Origin: a virus
Taxonomy: Duplodnaviria; Caudoviricetes
DNA: 64,000 nucleotides
Direction: 5' to 3' (one strand)
Virus record (IMG/VR): IMGVR_UViG_3300014204_000116
Location: 1-64,000 of that record
Part shown: in pieces, positions 39,540 to 48,015 of the stretch
Numbering within the stretch: the stretch's first letter is position 1
Layout: every line of letters begins with the position of its first letter
Translations under genes and position numbers: made by a program
Notes under the pieces: generated by a model
The model's input: the letters and a program-made list of their open reading frames with translations, nothing else
Databases searched by the model: none
Told to the model about the DNA's origin: nothing

Positions 39540-40296
39540 TCAATTTTACTCTGTATACATCTACATTATTTCACGCCAAACGCGGAGGGCGTCAGGCTCG
39601 GACCTGTTAAAGCCGCCGTCTTGCCGAATCCGACGATAAGAACGGCTGCCCTGGTACGGCAGGACACGTAACTGAAAAATTACATATCCGTTAAACAGCC
39701 AATGTTGGCAAGCCACAAGCTTGTTTCAGAAACACCGGTCGTTTGAGGACCACGCGGTCGGTGTAAAGCGCGAATGCCCGAAATAATAGTAGGCGCGAGT
39801 TGGCCCGGTCTGTTCAAACACACGGCGTGCCGTGGCCAAAGACAGACGCAGTGGAAAGAGGTTTTCACTGGAGTACAAGATCCGGCTCAGCCCGAAAAAT
39901 ATCAGGCTGTACCTTGAGGAGTGCGAGATCCCTCTCCCGACCTGCATCAAGGGGAGACTGGATATTTAGCCCCGTCGCCCCACGCTTGAGTATACTGTGT
40001 GGTTTGCATAAAGCCGCAGGTTGCAGCCTGCGAACTGAGCACAGATCCCTGTTCCTATTCGATTTATTTCCGGCAAAACAACACCTGAAGTGTGCCCTTT
40101 GTTAGCCCGGAATTTATCAAGTCTATCCAATTCTACCTAAAACTGTGTAGAAATGGTTAGAAATCTGATGTCACCGCCATTAGGGAGTGGTGAAGAGACG
40201 ACATAGGGGCTCGGTGTGCCCACAGGACAGCACACCCGACGCCCAGGGGCTAACCCCGTTCGGGAGAACATGTACACATGTGATGACATAAAATTC
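39540..40296 (+). ncRNA. Candidate large structured non-coding RNA (~750 nt)
   Basis: No credible ORF, more than 12 local stems, nested 5'-3' complementarity, GTTCT promoter-like motif at 39516. Strand inferred. Confidence 0.55.
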
Positions 40297-40298
40297 TC

Positions 40299-40327
40299 TT
40301 GCCATCTGCTTTGCATTTTGCTACACT
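40299..40327 (+). promoter_or_regulatory. Sigma70-like early promoter
   Basis: TTGCCA-N17-TACACT with an extended TG. Confidence 0.6.
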
Positions 40328-40346
40328 CCTCAGCATTGGAACGATT

Positions 40347-40622
40347 ATGAGCCATAAAGCAAAGCTGAAACTCAAACAACCCGGTGATAAATCGGTTAGC
40401 GTCCACATGGAATGGATAGTCCAAGGCACTGATTACACCATTGTGAGGCATGTGCCGAATGGTAGTGTAAATTCCAGTGCAGCCAACCAACGCCGGATCA
40501 ACTGGTATGTTTCCGGCCCCAACGAAGAGATCATTTCAGTTCCAGCCAACATCCATAAGCATGAGGCCTCCATAGCCAGGTGGCTGCTTTCAGCAAGAAA
40601 GGACGCACATGAAAAAGATTAA
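40347..40622 (+). CDS. Hypothetical protein
   Basis: Start refined to MSHKAK behind the promoter. Confidence 0.55.
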   Translation: MSHKAKLKLKQPGDKSVSVHMEWIVQGTDYTIVRHVPNGSVNSSAANQRRINWYVSGPNEEIISVPANIHKHEASIARWLLSARKDAHEKD

Positions 40623-41325
40623 CTGGACCAAAGCAAATGCGTGGATCGATAGCTACCTCACCCACATTACCAACCCGAACACCATCCCCTGTCGGTTTGG
40701 ACGGGCATGGCTGGAGCAGGAAGCCGTGAAGGTGGGCCTGGTTGAAGATGATGGCCAGAGTTGGGAGTTTATGGAAAGCCATGCGACCTGGTATAATGCA
40801 CTAATCAATACGGGTCGGCTCTACCTGGTGATCAACACGGAAAAGGCAGTATCGAACCGAGGCCAGAAAGGTGAGCCCACTACACTCGATGCCGTTCGTG
40901 ATCTCCTTTCTGAAGAGAAGCGTAACACACTTGCCGCCAATGTATTTCGCGACGTGCTGACAGCGGTGGGGGACATTAGCCCAGTTAATGGCCACACCAA
41001 AGTAGCACTTCACCCTGCACTCAAGCTCTTTCAGCAGCTCTTCGAGGAGGCCTGCAAGAATCCTGGCCCTGAGTCTGTAACGAATTATGTCCCTCGTGCG
41101 GTGTTTCACAAGCGCGCGCAAGAGGAGGGGATGTTAACGTCCGATTCCTGGGTAGACGCGTTGAAATGGGAAGAAGAGGTCGGGATGCCTGAATTTGCGC
41201 ACAAGTTGTTCGCCAAGCACCACAAGAAGGTAGGCTCTGATTTTACCCCGATGGAAAAGGGCAAGTGGAGAAACTACAGGAAGATGAAAGCTCTTCGCCT
41301 GGGTCAGCAGCTCAAGGGATCGTAG
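40609..41325 (+). CDS. Hypothetical protein
   Basis: 238-aa overlapping ORF. Confidence 0.65.
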   Translation: MKKINWTKANAWIDSYLTHITNPNTIPCRFGRAWLEQEAVKVGLVEDDGQSWEFMESHATWYNALINTGRLYLVINTEKAVSNRGQKGEPTTLDAVRDLLSEEKRNTLAANVFRDVLTAVGDISPVNGHTKVALHPALKLFQQLFEEACKNPGPESVTNYVPRAVFHKRAQEEGMLTSDSWVDALKWEEEVGMPEFAHKLFAKHHKKVGSDFTPMEKGKWRNYRKMKALRLGQQLKGS

Positions 41326-41355
41326 TATTACGGACAAACTTTCTGAACTTTTCTA

Positions 41356-41384
41356 TTGCATTCGTAATTGAGTACTGCTAGGAT
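41356..41384 (+). promoter_or_regulatory. Sigma70-like early promoter, probably leaderless transcript
   Basis: TTGCAT-N17-TAGGAT; GTG start 6 nt downstream. Confidence 0.65.
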
Positions 41385-41390
41385 GGCGGC

Positions 41391-42383
41391 GTGATAAACG
41401 AAACGACCACGACCCCTGACCTGAGCAGCTACGACTACTTCATCGTTGCATTGTCGGGTGGCAAAGACTCCGTTGCCTGCGCCCTCTGGCTGATCGAGCA
41501 GGGCGTTGATCTCTCCAAGATCGAGCTGTGGCATCACGATATCGACGGTCGCGAAGGATCTGATCTGATGGATTGGACCGTCACCCGCGATTACTGCAAG
41601 AAATTCGCTGCCGCATTCGGGCTGAAGATCTACTTCTCCTGGCTCCAGGGCGGTTTCGAACGCGAGATGAATCGCAACAACAGCCTCAAAGCCCCGACCT
41701 CCTGGGAAAACCCCGATGGCACCGTTGGCACCAGCGGCGGCGTCCGTGGCAAAGCCAACACCCGCCAGGTATTTCCCCAGGTAAGCGCTGATCTGTCCGT
41801 TCGCTGGTGCTCAGCATATCTGAAGATCGATGTAATGAGCGCAGCCATCTGTGGTCAGGAACGCTTCAACGGCAAGCGCACCCTCATCCTTACCGGCGAG
41901 CGCGCCGAAGAATCCTCCGCTCGCGCCAAGTATGCCACCTTCGAGCCCCATCGCGCCGACGCTCGTAACGGTCGCAAAGCCCGCCATATAGATCAGCTCC
42001 GCCCCGTTCACGGCTGGTCCACCCGGCAAGTCTGGGACATTATCGCGCGCCACAACGTGAATCCTCACCCTTGCTACCGCGCCGGTTTCGGTCGCTGCTC
42101 CTGCATGTTCTGCATTTTCGCCTCCGCCTGCCAGGCCGCTACATCCCGCCTGATTGATCCTGTCCGTCACGCCCGCGTTGCCGCATACGAAGCCAAGTTT
42201 GGCAAGACCATCAAGCGCAACAAGAGCCTGGATCAGCTCGCCGACGAGGGCACCCCTTACGCCGCTAGCCAAGCCGACATCGAAGCCTGCCGCAAGTCCA
42301 CCTTCGACGAAGCGATCATTCTCCCTGATGGCCAGTGGAAGTTACCCCTGGGAGCATTTGCTGAATCCTGTGGACCTGTGTAA
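41391..42383 (+). CDS. PAPS-reductase-family (PP-loop) protein
   Basis: SGGKDS PP-loop, RWCSAYLK, GERAEES..RA, P..GWS..QVW, HPCY..GF.RCSC.FC. Confidence 0.88.
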   Translation: MINETTTTPDLSSYDYFIVALSGGKDSVACALWLIEQGVDLSKIELWHHDIDGREGSDLMDWTVTRDYCKKFAAAFGLKIYFSWLQGGFEREMNRNNSLKAPTSWENPDGTVGTSGGVRGKANTRQVFPQVSADLSVRWCSAYLKIDVMSAAICGQERFNGKRTLILTGERAEESSARAKYATFEPHRADARNGRKARHIDQLRPVHGWSTRQVWDIIARHNVNPHPCYRAGFGRCSCMFCIFASACQAATSRLIDPVRHARVAAYEAKFGKTIKRNKSLDQLADEGTPYAASQADIEACRKSTFDEAIILPDGQWKLPLGAFAESCGPV

Positions 42384-42390
42384 TTAAGAT

Positions 42391-42657
42391 ATGCACTATC
42401 GAGCAATTCTAAACAAAACGCTGGAAAAGCTGAGGGCCATGGGCCACGACGCTGCATTGGTAAAGAAACTGGGCTATGCCGAGAACATGGACGAGCTGCA
42501 CAGTGTCTTGCGTGAATACGTCCTGGGCACCGACGCCAAAGTCAATGCCTTCCTAGACCAGGTGAAGGGCGAGCTTCAAGGTCAAGCATCTCAAGTAGTT
42601 GGCCGAATGCTCGATACCCCGGCGAGGAAATGCCCGAACTGTGGATACACTTTATGA
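42391..42657 (+). CDS. Small hypothetical protein with C-terminal CPNC
   Basis: Behind GTAATTAAG; ASQVVGRMLD motif. Confidence 0.6.
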   Translation: MHYRAILNKTLEKLRAMGHDAALVKKLGYAENMDELHSVLREYVLGTDAKVNAFLDQVKGELQGQASQVVGRMLDTPARKCPNCGYTL

Positions 42658-43094
42658 GCAGGATTGCCAAGCAGATCGTAGGAGAAGCTGCCGAGAGAAT
42701 ACCCTACTGGGAGCGTGAAGAAAAACAGCAGCACATAGCCAACCTTAAGGGGAACCGTATTTAATTTGTGGCACGCGAATCACAATTTGTAGACAGATAC
42801 CTCTCCCTGAATGGGAAGCGTGGATGGGACGACGGCCTTACGATTGGCTCATATCTCCATTCCGTTCTTGGGGGTAAGGCTAGACAATTTTCGGCCAAAT
42901 ATGCTGTTGCGCTGCAAAGGGCATGCTGGAATCGCGTCATGACAGGCAGGGCTCGAAAAGGAACGAGCAAGCTCGGGGGCACCGCTTACTATCCCACGCT
43001 CGATGTTAATGCAGTTGTAGACAGATTACTCGATATGCCGTCCAAGCCATCTGAGTCGGCCTACGACATCGATGATCCGCAACTCGGAGAATAG
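42654..43094 (+). pseudogene. Hypothetical gene split by one in-frame TAA (or two tiny in-frame genes)
   Basis: ATG 42654 MSRIAKQIVGE..NRI, TAA at 42762-42764, same frame continues FVARESQ.. to 43094. Confidence 0.45.
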
Positions 43095-43102
43095 CACGAA
43101 GT

Positions 43103-44035
43103 ATGACCAACCTTAAGAAGATATTCAAGCCTGGGACCGTCTGGACGCGGACGAATCATCGCTTTCCCTACCGGAGAGACGGGAAGATAGTGGAGCCCAC
43201 TGGGAGTCCTGTCCAGGTCAAAGTAGTGCGCCTCTACCCCGATGCGGTAGCGTTTCAGCTCGATCACGAGACTATTTCGTATCTGTCCTGGCCGCAGCCG
43301 CCGCTGGAGGTTAGAGCTTCTCCCGATAAGGTCGAGATCTCGGACAACCAGGGTATTCTCCTGACCTACGTGAAGGTGCCATCTCTTTCCGAAGTCAACA
43401 AGGTCACCCTGGCCGACTTCCTCAGCAATGGCTTTTTGCTGATGAAACTCATCCCGTTCTGGTATGCCGTCCACTGGCGCGGTGAGAGGGTCGGGGCCGT
43501 CCGTATACCGTCTTGGAGCAACCCACAGCGGGTTGTCACCTGGCTGAACATGGCGAACCAGAAGATGCCGTTCGACTTATCTGTAGGCAATTTCCACAAC
43601 TGGATGAAGAGGCTGGAAGCAGAGAAGGTCATGCCAAAGTTTCCCATCTTGCCACGCGTATTGAACAAGGTTGCGGAGTCAGTTGTAGACAGCATGCTCG
43701 AAAACGCCGTGACCAAAGCAGCTATCCGCATCAAGGACGGTCGGATATTCAGCGGCCCCATCCATTGCATGGCAGTCTCAGTGATGCAGGATCAGAAAGT
43801 GCTATCGCCAGCAGAGGAAGATCTCGAAGGTGAGCTTCGGAATCTGGGTGCAGAGTTCGGCTGGCTGGACGAAGAAGGCCAGTTCCTTACCCGCCGCCAG
43901 GCTTACAAGCTCGCGGTCGCCTCCGGCCAGATAGCCGACACATACGGGCCTGATGGGGCTCTGACCCATGACATGCTCGACGATACGTCGATTGCCATCG
44001 ACGTAGAAGATAACGCTGAGGGCGTTAGTCCTTAA
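43103..44035 (+). CDS. Multidomain hypothetical protein; C-terminal domain paralogous to 3481..4152
   Basis: AESVVDSMLE motif, then AAIR..DG.IFSG..H..FGWLD..GQFLTR.QA...A..SGQI. Confidence 0.7.
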   Translation: MTNLKKIFKPGTVWTRTNHRFPYRRDGKIVEPTGSPVQVKVVRLYPDAVAFQLDHETISYLSWPQPPLEVRASPDKVEISDNQGILLTYVKVPSLSEVNKVTLADFLSNGFLLMKLIPFWYAVHWRGERVGAVRIPSWSNPQRVVTWLNMANQKMPFDLSVGNFHNWMKRLEAEKVMPKFPILPRVLNKVAESVVDSMLENAVTKAAIRIKDGRIFSGPIHCMAVSVMQDQKVLSPAEEDLEGELRNLGAEFGWLDEEGQFLTRRQAYKLAVASGQIADTYGPDGALTHDMLDDTSIAIDVEDNAEGVSP

Positions 44036-44057
44036 CCATATCGCGCAAATCCGCAAT

Positions 44058-44606
44058 ATGGTTAGGGGAGTAAAGCATCGTAGACGCGTTCTTCTATACA
44101 TGCTGGATAAAGTCTCTCGGCAAATGCTACGACATGTCTGCTACTGCCATCCCAGGGGAAACCCAAAAGATCCTTACCGCCATTTTGACATCAGCGAAGG
44201 CCACATGGTTCGGGGATCATTGTTCATCTGCAACGGGTGCGACCGTAGAAAGCGGTGGAAGTCTGCGGATCTTAGCGCGATTTGTAAGCATAACTCAGTC
44301 GAAAAGATAATCCATCGACTTTTGTTCGCGCACAAATGCCGGTTCATTCCCGGCTATTGCTTAGGAAATTTCAAGTTCGACTACGCAATACCACACCTTC
44401 GTGTTTTGGTGGAGATTGATGGAAAAACTTATCACAAGGAAGAAAAGCCTACAGAAGACGGCCTGCCTAAACCTTTAGTGCCGGGCACCAAAGCTTGGGT
44501 CGTCCACGAGCACGGCTGGAAATTAGTGCGGGTGCAGAATGGCCCACGGTTGAGAGAGCGGTTTATTGCAGAAGTGCTAAAAGCGTGCCAGGTAGTTAAG
44601 GCATGA
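44058..44606 (+). CDS. DUF559/Vsr-like PD-(D/E)xK endonuclease
   Basis: FDYAIP...VLVEIDG..YH...GWKLVRV pattern; Cys-rich N-terminus. Confidence 0.75.
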   Translation: MVRGVKHRRRVLLYMLDKVSRQMLRHVCYCHPRGNPKDPYRHFDISEGHMVRGSLFICNGCDRRKRWKSADLSAICKHNSVEKIIHRLLFAHKCRFIPGYCLGNFKFDYAIPHLRVLVEIDGKTYHKEEKPTEDGLPKPLVPGTKAWVVHEHGWKLVRVQNGPRLRERFIAEVLKACQVVKA

Positions 44607-45430
44607 ACAATCCCGCGATTGCAGAGTGCGCTGTAGACATTATGCTAGATGCTTTTCCTGCCCAGCAGGAAGGTGTCGAGTCTTCATCTGCTGTTCCTAC
44701 GCCGCCCGCAGAGGGTGGGGTATCCTTTACGACGAGTGACATGCGCGATCTTTTCTACAGTTCGCACACTTACGGGCCAATCTTACTCCTGGTTAGTGAA
44801 GCGGACAAGTGGGAAGGCAGCACCCTGGATGGGCATGTCACGAGAATTAGCCATCAGTATTTGCACGAGAATACCATCATATTCCAATGGAGTGATTACA
44901 ACTACACCAGGGAATGGACTGATAAAGGTACCGGCGAAAGGATACCAGAAAAAGCTGCCTTGGCTATTGACGAGCTAATCGACAAAGTTGAGAAGCTAAT
45001 GACTCGGCATGTTCGAACAATTAGCAAGCACATCTACAGGGATTTGGAAAAAGAATACAATTATCTGAATAGCGAGGAAAGCGTTGCTGAGATTATCCGT
45101 GCAAATATTTACAAGTTCGACGAGGATGGCGAGTATGATGACAGCGAGGAAGGCGTGGAGTATGATGATCTGAGTGACAGGGCCAAAGAAAAAGCCCGAG
45201 AGTGGTACACATCAAACGGTATAGACTATGATTGGTGGGAGGACGTATGTGACACCTGGAAGAGTCGGCTAAATGAAATGGGATTTGGGAGTGGCCCAGA
45301 GTACGTCAATATAGGATTTTCTGGATTTTCCAGCCAAGGTGACGGAGCGTCGTTCACTTGCAAGTCTTTCGATATTCGGGCGTACGCTCGCTACCTGGTG
45401 TCTGGAAAAGCAAAGGATCTTGGCTTATGA
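44603..45430 (+). CDS. Hypothetical late protein of a phage/ICE family with an SGFxSQGDGA motif
   Basis: IYRDLEKEYNYL.SEE, LSDRAKEKAREWY and FSGFSSQGDGASF; GTAGTTA at 44592. Confidence 0.7.
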   Translation: MNNPAIAECAVDIMLDAFPAQQEGVESSSAVPTPPAEGGVSFTTSDMRDLFYSSHTYGPILLLVSEADKWEGSTLDGHVTRISHQYLHENTIIFQWSDYNYTREWTDKGTGERIPEKAALAIDELIDKVEKLMTRHVRTISKHIYRDLEKEYNYLNSEESVAEIIRANIYKFDEDGEYDDSEEGVEYDDLSDRAKEKAREWYTSNGIDYDWWEDVCDTWKSRLNEMGFGSGPEYVNIGFSGFSSQGDGASFTCKSFDIRAYARYLVSGKAKDLGL

Positions 45431-45717
45431 CTACTCTTGCCGAAAAGATCATTGGTGAGCCCAATAAACAACGGTTTGTCTCGCTATTCATGCACATGAA
45501 CTCGGAGGATCGGAAGCTCATCCACCACTGGAGTATCGATCACGATGATTCAGTTTCGAAAGTTTGCTTCTACATGACTCTGATTGGCCAGGGATTTATC
45601 GAGTTCATCTCGGATTACACCGATAGGCATAACGGGGATTTCAGGATGTACCCCTATGGGGCGTGGATTTGCGTGGAGCTAATGATACCTGATAGTAGCC
45701 CAGATAAGCTGCCCTGA
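45427..45717 (+). CDS. Hypothetical protein
   Basis: Coupled ORF beginning MTTLAEKIIGE. Confidence 0.55.
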   Translation: MTTLAEKIIGEPNKQRFVSLFMHMNSEDRKLIHHWSIDHDDSVSKVCFYMTLIGQGFIEFISDYTDRHNGDFRMYPYGAWICVELMIPDSSPDKLP

Positions 45718-45763
45718 CTACATCTTCTGCACAACCCGTATTTTAATTACGGTAGTTATAGGG

Positions 45764-46225
45764 ATGGCTGTTGTTCTTACAACCGAGCAACTTGATTTTC
45801 TGGCAAAGACCGCCTCTTGGAAGTTCGATGTGGACTTCAAGGATCTGCGGGACAGCGTTACGTACACAGGCGACGGAGTAGATGACCTGGACATGCTCAT
45901 TAACAGGCTGACAGGCCCACTGTACATGCAGCCCAAGATCCTGTGCGATGTGGGCAAGCTGTTTAGTAGCTGGATAATCGTGACTGTAGATGATATTTAC
46001 GCGCTGAGAGGGCGCTACATAGAAATTCACGGTACAGCTAGCAAACCACCCGAGTATTACGATCAGCGCGCGGGCTCGACGATTGAAGTGACGGGCACCA
46101 CCTACGAGGCTGGGAACGTAGCGGGGCCAAACCCAGAGGGCAACTACGGCGACTTTACAGACTATGGAGATGGTCGGGGCCGGACTCATCCGTCTACAAC
46201 TCCTGACCAGGTGGTGGGGCTATGA
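45764..46225 (+). CDS. Hypothetical late protein
   Basis: GTAGTTA at 45752. Confidence 0.6.
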   Translation: MAVVLTTEQLDFLAKTASWKFDVDFKDLRDSVTYTGDGVDDLDMLINRLTGPLYMQPKILCDVGKLFSSWIIVTVDDIYALRGRYIEIHGTASKPPEYYDQRAGSTIEVTGTTYEAGNVAGPNPEGNYGDFTDYGDGRGRTHPSTTPDQVVGL

Positions 46226-47997
46226 GAACGGTTCACGAAGTTATAGCAGCTATGCCCGATGATTTTGGCATTGAACCTCGCGAAATAGTAAGAGCAGCAC
46301 TATTTCAAACGCGCGAAAAATTACTCGATGACTTCGGCCTGAAGAAGGATGACAAGGAAAACTACATAATACCGGATACTGGGTGGACAGAGCATTACTA
46401 CAATCTCTACGACCGGGCCAACTACCTGGCTTTCATTAAGCACTTTAAGCCGTGGGTAAAATCCAGCCCGCATGGAACTGAAGAAGGAGCGGTTATCCTG
46501 CATAGGTCGCTATTTTTCATGCCGACGTCCAAGATAAAAGAGCTTTTGGATGCCATCACGGATATTAAGGACAATTATCCAGTTCTTGATGAGGAGATCC
46601 TAAGTGATTTGGAAGTGGAATTGTCGGAGGAAGCCTGGGGGAGCACATATCGAAAAGAGTTCAAGAAACTGGTAAAAGATGCCGTCTCTCCCTTCTTTGA
46701 GGATATTACCCCCGAAGAAGGCGCATCACCCTGGGAGATGGTTGAAGATCTTTTGGACGGTGATGAAGGCGATGGTATACTCGATGATTTTTTTAGGTAT
46801 TATCAAGAGCACTCAAATGGCGATGACTGGGAGTTCGAAGATAGTGGTGGCGTAAGACTTCGATTGAAAAAGGTGGAGCAGGATATTTACAATAGTGATT
46901 TAGGTGTGAAATGGGCACGCGAGCTGAAAAACAAGCTATGGCCGGAAGACCCGAGGCAGCTAAAGTTTAAATTTGCCGAGTGCATTGTCGGGCATTTACT
47001 GGCGGGCTGCGTCACTCTGATAGAGTCGTCTGGAGCTGCCCGTATAATGGCCGCGCAACTCATGGAGGACAGCGGCCCCCATGAGTATTCGTGCGTAATG
47101 ATAGATCTTCCACCGGATATGTCGGCTAAAATCATTGCGTGGGGTCGGCAGCAGATTCCTAATGAGCAGCTTTTTGTAGACAAAGATGGTGGTAGCGGTC
47201 GGGAGGAAGAGATTCATGTAACCGTGAAATACGGACTTCACGACGCGATGCCGAATGAGGCGCTCAAGAAAATTTTCGGTAGCACTGCGCCATTTGAAAT
47301 AGAACTTGCCCCGATCAGCTTGTTTAGGAACGAGGGTCATGACGTCGTAAAAATGGAAGTTAGTAGTCCACAGCTTCGGGAGCTAAACCGGGTGATAACG
47401 GCATCGTGCGATTGCACGGATTCCTACCCGGAGTATAAGCCACATGTCACTCTGGCTTATGTCCGCCCCGGCACCTGTGACCGGTTGGAGGGAACATCCC
47501 CGTTTGATAACCCGATTAAAATGGGCGCGACCACTCTCAGGAAGGAAGGCCATTTTACGGCTAACCAGGTTGTCTTTTCGTCCAGAACTGGCATAAAGAA
47601 GAGCTATAGCTTAGGCCCGGAAGAGCCGGAGAAGGAACAAGTAGAAGAAGATGACAGCGCAGGCGAATCAACGCCCGGAATAGATCCGGCTGAGATTGCG
47701 CGTCCTTTTATCAGGGGTAAGGAAGTGTCATTGAAGAACCTTCGATTAGCGGCTAGCCGTGAACTCATAAGGTCGATCCATGTCAACAGAAGGGGCGTGG
47801 GTAGCTATCCTGAAGGAAGACTGACTTTCTTTTTTATGCGCGGTGCAAATAGATACGTTGATTTTTGTTCCCTAGGGGTGCTGGCTCAAGCACTTCGGGA
47901 ATGGCGAAACCTTAAGGGTGTCCCACTCTTCGTCGATAATGCGACAGCCGGTGTGGTTTCCTACCAGAATCCAGTTCTAGCGGCTTTGGCTCGCTGA
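46222..47997 (+). CDS. Multidomain protein containing a 2H phosphoesterase (T4 57B/Acb1-like) domain
   Basis: Two HxT motifs, 'IHVTVKYGL' and 'YPEYKPHVTLAY', at about 47080-47615. Confidence 0.8.
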   Translation: MRTVHEVIAAMPDDFGIEPREIVRAALFQTREKLLDDFGLKKDDKENYIIPDTGWTEHYYNLYDRANYLAFIKHFKPWVKSSPHGTEEGAVILHRSLFFMPTSKIKELLDAITDIKDNYPVLDEEILSDLEVELSEEAWGSTYRKEFKKLVKDAVSPFFEDITPEEGASPWEMVEDLLDGDEGDGILDDFFRYYQEHSNGDDWEFEDSGGVRLRLKKVEQDIYNSDLGVKWARELKNKLWPEDPRQLKFKFAECIVGHLLAGCVTLIESSGAARIMAAQLMEDSGPHEYSCVMIDLPPDMSAKIIAWGRQQIPNEQLFVDKDGGSGREEEIHVTVKYGLHDAMPNEALKKIFGSTAPFEIELAPISLFRNEGHDVVKMEVSSPQLRELNRVITASCDCTDSYPEYKPHVTLAYVRPGTCDRLEGTSPFDNPIKMGATTLRKEGHFTANQVVFSSRTGIKKSYSLGPEEPEKEQVEEDDSAGESTPGIDPAEIARPFIRGKEVSLKNLRLAASRELIRSIHVNRRGVGSYPEGRLTFFFMRGANRYVDFCSLGVLAQALREWRNLKGVPLFVDNATAGVVSYQNPVLAALAR

Positions 47998-48015
47998 CCG
48001 TAGTTAAGCTGGCGT

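Larger units (their letters stand above)
3240..48006. promoter_or_regulatory. Dispersed late-promoter motif GTAGTTA (about 14 copies before structural or late genes)
   Basis: Plus strand at 3240, 9382, 10847, 14705, 15724, 19552, 22777, 28570, 29610, 32676, 44592, 45752, 48000; minus strand at 22748-22754 and 36333-36339. Confidence 0.75.

Noticed and set aside
39680-40105. Short ORFs inside the structured region (39680-39868, 39726-39950, 39800-40105)
   Set aside because: Non-ATG or unsupported starts, atypical composition, mutual overlaps and no phage promoter context.
41391-42383. Complete phosphorothioation (Dnd/Ssp) system
   Set aside because: No cysteine desulfurase, DndD/DndE or Ssp partner was recognisable in the window.
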